This document shows positions 1 to 10,084 of a stretch of DNA of 44,514 nucleotides, piece by piece. The notes under the pieces are model-generated. The model did no database searches, was not told where the DNA came from, and saw nothing but the letters and a program-made list of their open reading frames with translations. Each line of letters opens with the position of its first letter. The first letter of the stretch is position 1. Made by a program: the position numbers and the translations under genes. The stretch is from a virus. Location: UHGV virus genome UHGV-1355725; one strand, 5' to 3'.

Positions 1-654
1 TTTGCGAATAGTTTTGTTTTTCTGGTATGAGGTTCCTATGAAGCCGGTTAAGAAATTATCTCCCCCTTCTAACGTAGCGAAGGATGGGAGGATAAAAGAA
101 TCGGCACTGGATACGGAGTCAATAACTTTTGCGGAGCCTAAAGCCAGATTAGCCGAAATAGAACTCGCGGTAGCCGATAACCTCAGGGTGTCTAGCGACT
201 CCTGAACGTTTAAACCCGAAGTAGTGTTGATAATCGACGCGCCTTTGTTTACGTCAGAACTAGCCAAGTCCGCGCGTAAATATGGGTCAGTCCGCGGTTT
301 CCAGTAAGCATTACCCACGGGGTTAAAGGATGCGGGGACGACAACAGGAAGATTACCTGCGTATGAGTACCAAGTCTGACTAACAGGGTCGTAAACAACT
401 TTGTCACGGTCATTAACAGTTAACGTTCCGCCAGTGGAGAAGTCCCAAGACACCGGAGAAAAACCTGCGTCACGCAACACGGCGGGTAGCGTCTTTTGAG
501 TCTGTCCGGTAACCGGGTTAGTTGCGTAATCAATATCAGCACCCCCAGCAATCCCACCAGATTTACCGGTGATGACCTCAGCTTCGAAAATCTGGTGTTT
601 CTTGGCGGTCTGTAAATCCGCCAGGCTTAAAACGTCACCGCATCCGCTTGACAT
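1..654 (-). CDS. tailspike/tail fibre, N-terminal part (3' end cut by window start)
   Basis: ATG at 654 (minus); open to position 1 with a complete codon at 3..1; translation MSSGCGDVLSLADLQTAKKHQIF... Same codon phase as the ORF open to the right window edge (43366..44514). Confidence 0.55.
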   Translation of the reverse strand, partial: MSSGCGDVLSLADLQTAKKHQIFEAEVITGKSGGIAGGADIDYATNPVTGQTQKTLPAVLRDAGFSPVSWDFSTGGTLTVNDRDKVVYDPVSQTWYSYAGNLPVVVPASFNPVGNAYWKPRTDPYLRADLASSDVNKGASIINTTSGLNVQESLDTLRLSATASSISANLALGSAKVIDSVSSADSFILPSFATLEGGDNFLTGFIGTSYQKNKTIRK

Positions 655-666
655 ATAGAGTCCTCT

Positions 667-3162
667 TTAATTAAAGCCATTGCTGAATCCGTCGGAGAAA
701 CCGCTGCCGTATGGCGCGACGCCGTCGTATTTGTAGAAATCCGCCTCATAATTAATCCCGGTAATCTTAACTGTTCTGTCATCCCCGGGGTCAACTGTAG
801 AAACAAGAATCATCTGAGCATTATGCCTTGCTTCGTTGCCAAATGAAAACTCAGTTTTTAGGGCGCTATTCCCTGTGTAAATTGCCTCCTGCGGCGCGGA
901 TAGCATAATCACTTCACGGTCATGACCCCCTGGAACAACAGCAACACTCTGGACACCGCCGTCGCGCTTCTTAAGGATAAGAGAGTGGTCATCACCAGGA
1001 GTGAATGTGACAGGCTGCGATAAAGTCAGGGCAAGACCATTAACAGCAACAACATAGCCGTCTTGGGGTGCAATACGTGAACCTTTAACTACACTTATTG
1101 CCCGTCCTGGAAGCACAAAAACACCTTCTTCTGTTGCCGTGAAAGACACAGTTACTTTTTTCAACAAGTTCTTTTGATACCGTCGGTACGCGGCCCAATA
1201 TGCCTGTCGATAGTTACGGATACCTTTAGAGTCATACGTTTCGGTATTAATTCCTCCTTCGGCCGGGATGCTAATAGTCTCTTTTACGTTCGTATCCGGG
1301 TCGATATAAGAGAACTTAAGACTATCGTATACCTGAGCGTCGTTAAATGTCCTGGTCCACTTCTCGGATGCCGTTGTTTTGCTACGGTGGGTGAATACCA
1401 TCTCCGGCCCCATGCGAGGGCGCTCGAAATCCAGTAATATGTCCTGCCCTTTACGATACGGCGTACAGAAAATAGCGTCGGCTATGGTGCTGATTATGTC
1501 CTGCATAGTCGTTTTGTAGTCATCGAACGTGTAGCAGAATTGCCCTGCCTCCGCGTTCCCAAAATAACCTTCAATCTCTGCCTGCGTAGCCAGCAACTTA
1601 TCCATGTTAGCTGTGGTGAGATTGAGATTACCTACTACCGGGTCGCGGGCGAGACGGATTAATGACTGAACGGCCTGGGTATTAGGCGTCATTACAGTGT
1701 CGAACACACCGTTACCGAGGTATTTGTAGACCATCTCCGTAGCGACCATTCGCAGTTGTGGTTGTTTAATCTCCGCCGCCCGCGGCGTCTGCTTACGCGC
1801 GGAGTGTACGGTAGTACGATTGCCGTAATGCGGCGTAGTGTCGCGAACCTGCCCGTAAAGGTTGATGTAGGAAACCTCGTCTACCACTGTACCGCCAAAG
1901 TCAAAATCAAAGTTACTAACCCTGCGACAGCGCACCCTAACCCTGGATTCAATTGGAAGGTCAGCGTACACAGTGGCACCCGTGTAATCGCTAGTACGAC
2001 CTGAAATAGTTCCCTGTTTATTGTATACAGGACCATAAGGAACTCCGTCATCTCCTATTAATTGGTACTGAACTTCAACGGTTACAGAGGTCCCCTGTTT
2101 ATTGCCGTCGTCTTTATACATGCCATTTGCCGCGGCGAAGTTTGCCACGACGCGCCCAACCTTTATTCTGTTAAGAGAGACCCAATCTGTTAGGCTAGCG
2201 TCATATGTGCCGGTAGGCCCTATGGTCGCGGCTTTATCCTGCGTTACATAGCCTTCACGCACTCCTCCCCCCTGATCTGGTAGAGTCTGCCACTCAGATA
2301 GTTTTGGGGAAGCATTTACCGTTATCTGGAATTCGTCCACACTTAATACGGAGTATACCCCGTCTAAATTACCACCGCCTTCCGGCCGTATCCATGTAAA
2401 TGTAGCTTGGTCTCCCGGGGCAATGTAGGTATTGAATGCCGAGTCTCCCGTTGGGTCGGTTATTGTCCCTGCGGTCCCGACAAGACGCGCGCGGGCCGAG
2501 CTGCCCACGTTGTTAGCGAGGTCATTTGGTGCTTTTAAAACAGCTCCGTCTACTTCATTGGACGCTATAGTTATGAATAACCCCTGGTTTATGGGGTCGC
2601 CGACCAACAACTGCGGGGCATTCGTGTTGTTGGGTGAAGTGAAAGGCGCGTACACAGCAACGGAGGTCCCGGTAATCTCCTGTACTTTAGTGTCCCCGTC
2701 GGTAATATCTTCTGCTTTAATATCAAGGTAACCGCGACCAGCATCATAGTATCCGTACTCAATAACACGACCGGCGGTATTAAATACCTTATACGTGGTC
2801 ATGAGGTCATTAGGGATAGTCTGGACCCTGCCGCAAATATCATACGACCGTTCATACGGACGCGATTTATTATTTCGGTCTGTCAGGCTGTTGTTGGGTG
2901 ACTCCGCTTGCTGGTTAGCAAGACTTGTTTTTGGTGTTTTCTGTGACGGTGAAATCAGCTTAGTAACAAACTTAAGTACACCTAACGGGTCGAGCAGTTT
3001 ACCCAGAAAACCGCCGCCACCCCCGGCACCCTCAATGATGTGGAATACATCGTCTTCTTTCAGCGCTTCGAAGTTTTCTGTAACTTCTGTATCTTCGCCG
3101 ATTTCACCTCGATAGATGCGAACGGGTACGCCGTCCGGGATGTTAGTGACGACGTATTCCAT
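667..3162 (-). CDS. large distal tail protein (tail tip / central fibre, J-like)
   Basis: 831-aa ORF from ATG at 3162 (MEYVVTNIPDG...); last large gene of the tail module before the tailspike; Gly-rich segment GAGGGGGF. Function is positional inference. Confidence 0.45.
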   Translation of the reverse strand: MEYVVTNIPDGVPVRIYRGEIGEDTEVTENFEALKEDDVFHIIEGAGGGGGFLGKLLDPLGVLKFVTKLISPSQKTPKTSLANQQAESPNNSLTDRNNKSRPYERSYDICGRVQTIPNDLMTTYKVFNTAGRVIEYGYYDAGRGYLDIKAEDITDGDTKVQEITGTSVAVYAPFTSPNNTNAPQLLVGDPINQGLFITIASNEVDGAVLKAPNDLANNVGSSARARLVGTAGTITDPTGDSAFNTYIAPGDQATFTWIRPEGGGNLDGVYSVLSVDEFQITVNASPKLSEWQTLPDQGGGVREGYVTQDKAATIGPTGTYDASLTDWVSLNRIKVGRVVANFAAANGMYKDDGNKQGTSVTVEVQYQLIGDDGVPYGPVYNKQGTISGRTSDYTGATVYADLPIESRVRVRCRRVSNFDFDFGGTVVDEVSYINLYGQVRDTTPHYGNRTTVHSARKQTPRAAEIKQPQLRMVATEMVYKYLGNGVFDTVMTPNTQAVQSLIRLARDPVVGNLNLTTANMDKLLATQAEIEGYFGNAEAGQFCYTFDDYKTTMQDIISTIADAIFCTPYRKGQDILLDFERPRMGPEMVFTHRSKTTASEKWTRTFNDAQVYDSLKFSYIDPDTNVKETISIPAEGGINTETYDSKGIRNYRQAYWAAYRRYQKNLLKKVTVSFTATEEGVFVLPGRAISVVKGSRIAPQDGYVVAVNGLALTLSQPVTFTPGDDHSLILKKRDGGVQSVAVVPGGHDREVIMLSAPQEAIYTGNSALKTEFSFGNEARHNAQMILVSTVDPGDDRTVKITGINYEADFYKYDGVAPYGSGFSDGFSNGFN

Positions 3163-3224
3163 AGGACTACTCGTGTGACGTTTACGGTCGAAGGTTCCGT
3201 CTTCGTTACGGGTGTAATGTAGTA

Positions 3225-3590
3225 TTAGCGCCAAAATTCTATCTCCGCATAAGTGTCTCGCAAGTCTTCCAGACGGTCTAATCTGACCTGACGGCTTGCG
3301 AGTTCGCAATGACTAACCATTCCGTCATAATATACGCCAGCGTGCCAGATTACACGGTTTCTGTGCCGCGCTGCCATCAGAACGGCATCGAAGTTTTGCG
3401 GAGTTTCAACACGTACAAGGCCTTTAGTGTCTTTATGGCCTTCTTCAAAGGCCGCATTAATCTGTGTTGGTGAGGCAACATTAAACTCCGGCGTGTCCAA
3501 ACCGGCGTCTGCGCGAACATTGCGGACATGGTGCCAGCAATTATGGCGGCGAAAGTCGTAAGGCAGACCCGTGTAGGTGTTAATTTTCAT
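3225..3590 (-). CDS. minor tail / tail assembly protein
   Basis: 121-aa ORF in the tail-tip cluster; Cys/His-containing motif RHNCWHH; overlaps neighbours by 4 nt (operon coupling). Confidence 0.35.
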   Translation of the reverse strand: MKINTYTGLPYDFRRHNCWHHVRNVRADAGLDTPEFNVASPTQINAAFEEGHKDTKGLVRVETPQNFDAVLMAARHRNRVIWHAGVYYDGMVSHCELASRQVRLDRLEDLRDTYAEIEFWR

Positions 3591-4102
3591 GTTGATAAAA
3601 TCCCACGCAATAGGGGTATTACTAAAGGCGTCATAAGTTCGCCTGTCGCCCTCTGATTGAGCATTGGTGCGCCGACGTCCGCCGTGAATATACCTTTTTC
3701 CTGGTTAATTGACTGTAACTCGTACACAACAGGCCCATCAGCAGGATAAGACAAATCAGTACTAACAAAACGGCGGAATATGAATTTAGGTAGCACGGTA
3801 TTATCGGGCGGTATCCTGTCCATCTCATCGTCTAACTGGTTACCAATGTCAGGCAATGCGAACGACGCCCGCTGGTCCATGTCGTTATTGTTGGCGGCCC
3901 CTTTAGCCTCCATAGGTGTAGCCTCAAACGTTACGACTTCTCCTGTCTCTAGCGTTGCCGTCAGGTCGGAAGTCCCTCGCACAAGATAGTACGTCTTCGA
4001 CAGCAACGGGTGGCTGATTTGCAACGTGATGTAGTCCATCTCGCCGTCTGGGTTTGAGGCCAGCTTACGGCGGTAGGCTGCTTCTACTGATTCCCGACTC
4101 AT
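3587..4102 (-). CDS. minor tail protein
   Basis: 171-aa ORF in the tail-tip cluster downstream of the tape measure gene. Confidence 0.35.
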   Translation of the reverse strand: MSRESVEAAYRRKLASNPDGEMDYITLQISHPLLSKTYYLVRGTSDLTATLETGEVVTFEATPMEAKGAANNNDMDQRASFALPDIGNQLDDEMDRIPPDNTVLPKFIFRRFVSTDLSYPADGPVVYELQSINQEKGIFTADVGAPMLNQRATGELMTPLVIPLLRGILST

Positions 4103-4105
4103 AAG

Positions 4106-5500
4106 TTAACCGTCCACATTAAAATCAATACGAGTGATATATTTACTACCCCACGCCGAATCCGCTTGGGGTATGGAGGCGTAACCGTCAACAGACGGAA
4201 CGTTTACCACAGTGCCGTCGGAATAGGTAATGTCGATGCTTGTTGCGCCGTTCATTGTTACTTTTGCTGATGCCGTCGTTCGGGTTACTGGCGACGCCTC
4301 AGTTACTACCGGCGACGTAGACAGGCCCAAGGAGTCACTTTGCGGTGTGCAAACGAGAACTCCGTTGGCCCCATCACCAGCAAATGTGGTTAAGTTTGAA
4401 TCGTTATGGACCCAAATCTGCATAGTAATGGCGCTGTATCCCCCTGCCGGGGCTGTTACTATTTCTGAGAAACGGAACCAACCACCCCCAAGATTTTCTA
4501 TAGAAGAGTTGGCGCTGCCGCCGATAATAACTCCGCTAAGCAGGTTTACGGTAACATCCGCTACAAATACCGCGTTATTGGCGATTCGTATACGGATATT
4601 GCGATACCCGTCCGCCTTAGCTATAACACTGAATGTACATACTCCCCCTTCAAGAATCTCAAACACCGGAGACTGTCCGACTAAGTGAGTGCCGTTATCT
4701 GTCGTTGGGGTTAGTTTAAAACAACCATTAACCAGCATTCCGGTTTGCGGTGATGGGGTTATTGACATGCGTGTAGTGGCCCACGCCACGTCCGCCAGAT
4801 TAGTGTTATGTAGTATGACGTTCTTAGATGTATATTCCGGTGGTACACGACCCGCAGCAACCCCATCAATAAACGTAAGGGGCCATTCATTTACGGCAGA
4901 CTGCACAAGACCGCCGTTTCGGTTGATGTAGTAAACCTGCGGCCCATCGTAAACAATGCGGCTATCCAGCGTGGACGCCAAAAGGTTAATCGGCGGGTGT
5001 CCTGCAGGCCCTTCATCGCTCCAGATGCGCGGGAACGTCGTCTCGTAGTTCGCATATATTTTCAGGAAACTACCCAAACCGTCTCCGTAACAACCGAACA
5101 AATCGGGAAGATTCTTGGTAAGACAAGTGTCTTCCTGAATTGCTGTGCGCTCTGCGGTAGCGGTGAACGTAATTACCCAGTTCTTGCCGTCGTCGGTGCT
5201 GTCGCTAATGTCAGACGTAATAAGCACCTGGTGGTCTTCGATACCTAACCCGGTGTCGTGCGGCATGATAAAAGACGATGCGCCGCCGTCTATGTTATTC
5301 AGGAAGCTATAGAAAGCCTGACGGCCTAGCGACGATACGACCAAGGTAACGCTAATTGGCACCGGTTCAAAGTATGTATCACGCCCCTGGCGTGGCACGC
5401 CGCCCTGAACTTCTGTACGCCAGATATTACTCCCTCGCATTTGGGAGTACCCCTTCGACACTATAGGCCGAAGGGACATAGGGAATCTCAAAGAAGACAT
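4106..5500 (-). CDS. minor/distal tail protein
   Basis: 464-aa ORF, ATG at 5500, immediately downstream of the tape measure gene (stop 5504). Confidence 0.4.
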   Translation of the reverse strand: MSSLRFPMSLRPIVSKGYSQMRGSNIWRTEVQGGVPRQGRDTYFEPVPISVTLVVSSLGRQAFYSFLNNIDGGASSFIMPHDTGLGIEDHQVLITSDISDSTDDGKNWVITFTATAERTAIQEDTCLTKNLPDLFGCYGDGLGSFLKIYANYETTFPRIWSDEGPAGHPPINLLASTLDSRIVYDGPQVYYINRNGGLVQSAVNEWPLTFIDGVAAGRVPPEYTSKNVILHNTNLADVAWATTRMSITPSPQTGMLVNGCFKLTPTTDNGTHLVGQSPVFEILEGGVCTFSVIAKADGYRNIRIRIANNAVFVADVTVNLLSGVIIGGSANSSIENLGGGWFRFSEIVTAPAGGYSAITMQIWVHNDSNLTTFAGDGANGVLVCTPQSDSLGLSTSPVVTEASPVTRTTASAKVTMNGATSIDITYSDGTVVNVPSVDGYASIPQADSAWGSKYITRIDFNVDG

Positions 5501-5503
5501 AGT

Positions 5504-7774
5504 TTAGTACCCCGGCTGGTTTCGTGTAGCTCGGCGTGACTTGGAGATTGCGCTGTTGCTGTCCTGCAACGCCGCCGATACTGTTTCGCTGATGATAACA
5601 CGTAACCGCCCTTCGTCGTCACGTTCTGTTACGGCGGAATCAACACGTCCGGTGGTGTTGTTAACAATTGTCACGCTGTCACCGCCTGACTTGTTGCCGT
5701 TCTCCCCCATAATCTGGCGCATCTGTTCGGCGGTACGGACGCGTGACGCCCCCGCTGGCATAATAACTTCAGGCTTGTTACGTTCCGCGATGGTAGATAG
5801 CTGGCCAGCTGCCAAGTTACCGCCCTGCTCACGCGCTGAGCGAATCTTTCCTATGTTCGCGAGACCTGCTGCTACGGCTGCTGCCGCTGCCACAGGGCCG
5901 AGTACCCAACCAACAATAGGAATCGCGGACGCGGATTTATAAGCCTCGATGGCAGAGGTGTATGTGGCGATGGTGGCCTGGGCGATAGCAAACGCTTTGT
6001 ACGCGGAGGATGCTTCTCCAAGCGAAGATTTAATATTGTCCGCCATCATACCGAAGGCGTTACCTGTAGCATTGGCACGCTTCAAAGCATACTGGTCATT
6101 TATGGCGTTAACCGCAGCCTGGTACTGTTCCTCGTTAATAAGATTCTGTTCACGGTATCGGTCAGCAACGTCCAGTTTTTGTTGTTCCTGAATTTCCAGA
6201 AGCTCAAGCTCAGTAGCGTTCTGGCCCATAATCTGAGCCATGAAGTCGTCACCTTTCTGCTGTTTTTCTTGGGCTTCTTTCTGGCGTTTATCCAGTTCAT
6301 CTTGTCGTTTTTGCCCTGCTTCGAGGACAATAGCCGTTTTTGCTTGCTCATATTCTTTCAGTGACAGCGCGCCCTGGCTGTAGAACTCTTTTGCCTTAGC
6401 CAGTTTCTGCTGTTCCTGCGCGTCAATAGCCTTTAACTCGTCGTTGTTCTGGCGGGCCAAAGTGTCGAGGTAATCTTGCGCCTGATTCCGCAATTGTTCC
6501 GCTTTCTTGGCGGCGGCTTTTGCCGCTTTATCGTCAGCGTTTCCGGTGCCGCCAGTTCCACCCTTTTTATTAACAAGGCTGGCTAAGTCAATTTCTTGCT
6601 TCTTGCGCTCGTCGTACTGCTTGCGCTGTTCCTCAATTTCTTTCTTACGCTGCTTAGACCTGTCTGTAATGGCCCGCGATTCAGCCTCTGCACGTTTTAT
6701 ACTGGCGGCGTATGCGGCGTCGGCCTCTGCGGTCAGGTTTTTAAAGGTGAGCGCTGCCGTTTTGCTCGGGTCAAACACGTCGGCAAGGGTCTGGCCTAAC
6801 GCTACTGCGTAATCGTCAATGCGCTGGAACCACGCAATAACCTCGTGGAATGTCTGCTGGATGTCAGGCAACCACTCACGTATGGCATCAGGTATAGCCC
6901 CCAGCGAATCTGACATATCCGCGGATTTGTCCTCGGTGTCGTATGCTAGGTCGTTCAAGGCATCGGAAATAAACTTGAACGACTCGTTGAACAGCGTCGC
7001 CCAGTCCTGGAGTGTGGCGGCTATCTCATTAGATGCGATGGCGTCGGTAAGCGCCGTTACAGCGTCTTCCGCCATCGCTGCTTGCTCACCCACGGCGTCA
7101 CCAAAACCGGATTGAGCTACCGCAAGAACAAGACCATCGAAGGAGTCGGCGAGGCTCGACAACTGACCATCTAAGGTCTTAGAGCGCGTCTCCATCGCCC
7201 CGGCGAAATCAGTGTTACCGATGTTTAACAGGTATTTCTGAATCTCTTCGGAGTTCTTTTTAACGGTGGTGGTAACCCCTCGGAACGTAAACGAAACTGT
7301 ATCCGCCTGTTGCGAAGACTTGATGCCAAACTCTTTCAGTCGTTCAAACTCAAATGTACTGGCGTCGGCAACTGCCTCAATCATCTGATTAAGGTCTTTA
7401 CCCATAGCCGCCGCGGTGTTGCCGTAGGAGATTAACGCCTCTTTGCTGGGGTTCAGGCCGAGGGCTACAAGTTTAGTGAAGCCCTCGACCGCCTGATTGA
7501 GACCGTACGGAGTTTCTTTTGCGAACTGTTGCAGTACGCTGAAAGCCTTAGCCGCGTTCTCTGCGCTTCCGGTCATTGTGATGAGGCCGGAATTCAGCTT
7601 ATCGAAGTTGCGCTGAGAGTCCACCAGCGCGCTGAACACCTGCTTAGCGGTTTCCAGACTGACAACGGCAGCGGCAGCAGCCCCCGCCGCCTTAGTAAGC
7701 CCGTTCAGTTGGGATGTGGTTTTATCGACGCCGGTCGATGATACTCGTACTATCAAGCTAGCGGTATCAGCCAT
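5504..7774 (-). CDS. tail tape measure protein
   Basis: About 756 aa from ATG at 7774 (MADTASLIV...); Ala/Gln/Lys/Glu-rich coiled-coil stretch (EIEEQRKQYDERKKQ...); directly downstream of the G/GT chaperone pair. Confidence 0.8.
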   Translation of the reverse strand: MADTASLIVRVSSTGVDKTTSQLNGLTKAAGAAAAAVVSLETAKQVFSALVDSQRNFDKLNSGLITMTGSAENAAKAFSVLQQFAKETPYGLNQAVEGFTKLVALGLNPSKEALISYGNTAAAMGKDLNQMIEAVADASTFEFERLKEFGIKSSQQADTVSFTFRGVTTTVKKNSEEIQKYLLNIGNTDFAGAMETRSKTLDGQLSSLADSFDGLVLAVAQSGFGDAVGEQAAMAEDAVTALTDAIASNEIAATLQDWATLFNESFKFISDALNDLAYDTEDKSADMSDSLGAIPDAIREWLPDIQQTFHEVIAWFQRIDDYAVALGQTLADVFDPSKTAALTFKNLTAEADAAYAASIKRAEAESRAITDRSKQRKKEIEEQRKQYDERKKQEIDLASLVNKKGGTGGTGNADDKAAKAAAKKAEQLRNQAQDYLDTLARQNNDELKAIDAQEQQKLAKAKEFYSQGALSLKEYEQAKTAIVLEAGQKRQDELDKRQKEAQEKQQKGDDFMAQIMGQNATELELLEIQEQQKLDVADRYREQNLINEEQYQAAVNAINDQYALKRANATGNAFGMMADNIKSSLGEASSAYKAFAIAQATIATYTSAIEAYKSASAIPIVGWVLGPVAAAAAVAAGLANIGKIRSAREQGGNLAAGQLSTIAERNKPEVIMPAGASRVRTAEQMRQIMGENGNKSGGDSVTIVNNTTGRVDSAVTERDDEGRLRVIISETVSAALQDSNSAISKSRRATRNQPGY

Positions 7775-8548
7775 GATTTCTACCTTCAAAGATTGCTTCT
7801 AAGCCCATGATAACGTCTATCTCGAACAGGCTAAGCTGTTTTTGCGTAACATCGAGATAGGCTTTCAGGTCTTGCCACGTAACGGATTCTCTTGCAAACA
7901 ATACTACAGCGTCCTCGCGCACGTGTCGCGTAAACTTAATGTCACAGTACGTCTCAAAGGTGGATATAAAAAGGGGCGGGCATTCGGGCCCACCCCGTCG
8001 CGCTGCACGTTTTTTCTTATCGATTACACCCATCGCGATAAGCGCCTGTTCGTGTCCGTCGGCTATAGAATCAAACTCTCTGATTTTATGCTTATCCACA
8101 AACTCGTAGGTGGCGAACCTGTACAGCGCGTCTACTTTTCCTGTAATGCTTTGCGCTCGGCGTTATGGAACGCAGCTACCTGTGTACCCAATGCCTTGAA
8201 CTGATCCAGCAATTTGCTAAATGCTTCTTTAGAGAAAGGCTCATCAAAGCTCCAGCCGTTTACGACTTCTGCCGCGAGTTGTCGGTTGAGGTCTTCCGCC
8301 AGTTCGTTAATAGCCAGGTTATATTCAGTATAGTCGCCGGATTCTTTGGCGGCTTTTTCCAGTTCTTCGAAACGCGCCAACCCGCGACGGTACGCAATAA
8401 TGAAAGCACGCCCCGCTTTAACGGCGACATCCGCATCGGGACTTACAACGTTAAGCCATTCACCGGAGTCTTCGCCGTTTGGCAGCAGAATGGGCATCTT
8501 CTTGCCTACCAGTGCTTTCTCTTCGAAATAAAAATCAGAAAGTTTCAT
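7767..8548 (-). CDS. tail assembly chaperone GT fusion (predicted -1 frameshift product)
   Basis: The -1 frame relative to G opens at 8162 and runs to 7767, overlapping the tape measure start; G ends ...CAG GAA AAG TAG with the A-rich run GGAAAAG (8135-8141) as candidate slip site. Confidence 0.5.
8132..8548 (-). CDS. tail assembly chaperone (G-like)
   Basis: 138-aa acidic ORF, ATG 8548 with RBS AAAGGA; sits immediately upstream of the tape measure gene; the -1 frame is open across its last codons. Confidence 0.6.
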   Translation of the reverse strand: MKLSDFYFEEKALVGKKMPILLPNGEDSGEWLNVVSPDADVAVKAGRAFIIAYRRGLARFEELEKAAKESGDYTEYNLAINELAEDLNRQLAAEVVNGWSFDEPFSKEAFSKLLDQFKALGTQVAAFHNAERKALQEK

Positions 8549-8655
8549 TCTTTAATCCTTTGGTTAAGAGGTTACAGGTTAAGGTTAATGCGCCAGACGG
8601 GAACCACCCGCTTTTCGTGTGCGACACTAGGCGCAAACTTATTCTAGCACACTAC

Positions 8656-8687
8656 TTGCGCACCCCAATATAATAGGGTACTATTCA
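8656..8687 (+). promoter_or_regulatory. class-1 promoter with embedded inverted-repeat operator
   Basis: TTGCGC (8656-8661), 17-bp spacer, TACTAT (8679-8684); inverted repeat AATAG-GGTA-CTATT at 8672-8685; followed by RBS AAGGAG and ATG 8715. Confidence 0.5.
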
Positions 8688-8714
8688 CTCACACCGACAA
8701 TGAAGGAGTTTAAA

Positions 8715-8906
8715 ATGTCCAGTTTACCAGTTTCCTTAATTCTGTTTGCGCTACTAGCCTATTTTGCGCCTTTCCTGGTTGCGTATTTCCGCGACCATAA
8801 AGCGAAGTTAGCGATATTCATGGCCAACCTGTTTCTGGGCTGGATTCTGTTGCCGTGGGTATTTATTTTAATCTGGGCTTGTAACTCGAATGTCAAAGAG
8901 AAGTGA
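8715..8906 (+). CDS. small membrane protein, superinfection-immunity-like
   Basis: 63 aa, two hydrophobic segments; motif YFAPFLVAYFRDHKAKLAIFMANLFLGW...ILIWA resembles the small superinfection-immunity membrane protein family; encoded opposite to the surrounding tail genes. Confidence 0.5.
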   Translation: MSSLPVSLILFALLAYFAPFLVAYFRDHKAKLAIFMANLFLGWILLPWVFILIWACNSNVKEK

Positions 8907-8944
8907 GCTAGTATAGGACAAATCCTAAACACGAGGAAGTAAGC

Positions 8945-10084
8945 ATGGCCCAGAAGAAAATAACCGACGAACAGTTACAGGAAGAATTGAACGCCGGGAT
9001 GAAGAATGTAGACATCGCCCGTAAATACGGCATCTCAGACCGCGTTATTCGTATCCGTAAAGCAAAACTAGCTAAGAAAGGCGTAGGTCATGGGCGTGAC
9101 GTTAGTCACCTTGTGCCAGATGGCTACAAGATTAAGGGCACGTCGTCACTTGTGGACGAGTTCGGCAACACTAAGTTGCAATGGGTTAAGACCGACACCG
9201 ACGCCGAACGTCAGGTTGAATTGATGAAAGCCGTAGTTGAAGGCATGAAGTCAGAGATTACGCCGGTTGCGCCTGTTAAAGCGACTCGCGCCAAACGCAA
9301 CGATAAACTACTCAATCTTTACACGGTATCTGATTTTCATCTCGGTATGCTGGCATGGGCCGACGAGAGCGGCGACGACTGGGATATGAAGATTGCGGAA
9401 GACCTGTTCTCCCGTTGGTTTGATGCTGCATTTCAGAAAGCGCCTGATGCGGGAACAGGAGTTATTAACCTGCTTGGAGACTTCGCGCACTTCGATAGTC
9501 TTGATGCCGTTACCCCTGAGTCGCGTCATGTGTTAGACGCCGATACTCGCTATCAGAAACTAGTTCGCTACATGATTCGTATGGTGCGTCGTGTTGTTGA
9601 TATGGCGCTTGTTAAACATCACACAGTCAAACTCTTAATAGTTCAAGGTAACCACGACCCTGTAGGCTCTGTATGGCTCGCCGAAATGTTCTGTACATTG
9701 TACGATAACGAACCTCGCGTATTTGTGGACACCTCCCCCGACGTATACAAGATGGTCCAGCACGGGAAAACTACGCTATTCATGCATCACGGACACCGTG
9801 CGAGATTCGACGCCATAGAGTCAGTAATGATTTCTAAATTCCGTAAGGCTTTTGGAGAAAGCACATACAGCTACGCTCATGTAGGGCATCTACATCATCA
9901 GAAATTAGTAGAAAGCCGCAATATGGTAGTCGAACAACACCGAACCCTGGCCGCGAAAGATGCTTACGCATCGCGAGGGGGCTGGATGTCCGGTCGTAGT
10001 GCTAACGTGATAACTTATAGCGCCGAATATGGGGAGGTGGCGCGCCTCACAATATCACCTGAAATGATAGGAGGTATAAATTGA
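8945..10084 (+). CDS. HTH domain fused to calcineurin-like metallophosphoesterase
   Basis: 379 aa; N-terminal HTH-like segment (VDIARKYGISDRVIRIRKAK); C-terminal metallophosphoesterase motifs DFHLG, GDFAHFD, GNHD, HHGH, GHLHH; RBS GAGGAAG before ATG 8945. Confidence 0.6.
   Translation: MAQKKITDEQLQEELNAGMKNVDIARKYGISDRVIRIRKAKLAKKGVGHGRDVSHLVPDGYKIKGTSSLVDEFGNTKLQWVKTDTDAERQVELMKAVVEGMKSEITPVAPVKATRAKRNDKLLNLYTVSDFHLGMLAWADESGDDWDMKIAEDLFSRWFDAAFQKAPDAGTGVINLLGDFAHFDSLDAVTPESRHVLDADTRYQKLVRYMIRMVRRVVDMALVKHHTVKLLIVQGNHDPVGSVWLAEMFCTLYDNEPRVFVDTSPDVYKMVQHGKTTLFMHHGHRARFDAIESVMISKFRKAFGESTYSYAHVGHLHHQKLVESRNMVVEQHRTLAAKDAYASRGGWMSGRSANVITYSAEYGEVARLTISPEMIGGIN

Noticed and set aside
2-205. 67-aa plus-strand ORF at the left window edge
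   Set aside because: Antisense to the tailspike N-terminal coding region, begins at TTG, no RBS; regarded as a chance frame.
5541-7115. Several plus-strand ORFs (5541..5942, 5949..6191, 6507..6812, 6819..7115) inside the tape measure gene
   Set aside because: All lie antisense to a long Ala-rich gene, are Ser/Ala/Arg-rich low-complexity translations and lack RBS; typical shadow ORFs.
8669-8674. Using the perfect TATAAT inside class-1 elements as the -10 hexamer
   Set aside because: No -35-like hexamer lies 16-18 bp upstream in any copy, whereas TTGCAC-type hexamers sit exactly 17 bp upstream of the conserved TACTAT; TATAAT more likely forms part of the operator flank. Not excluded experimentally.
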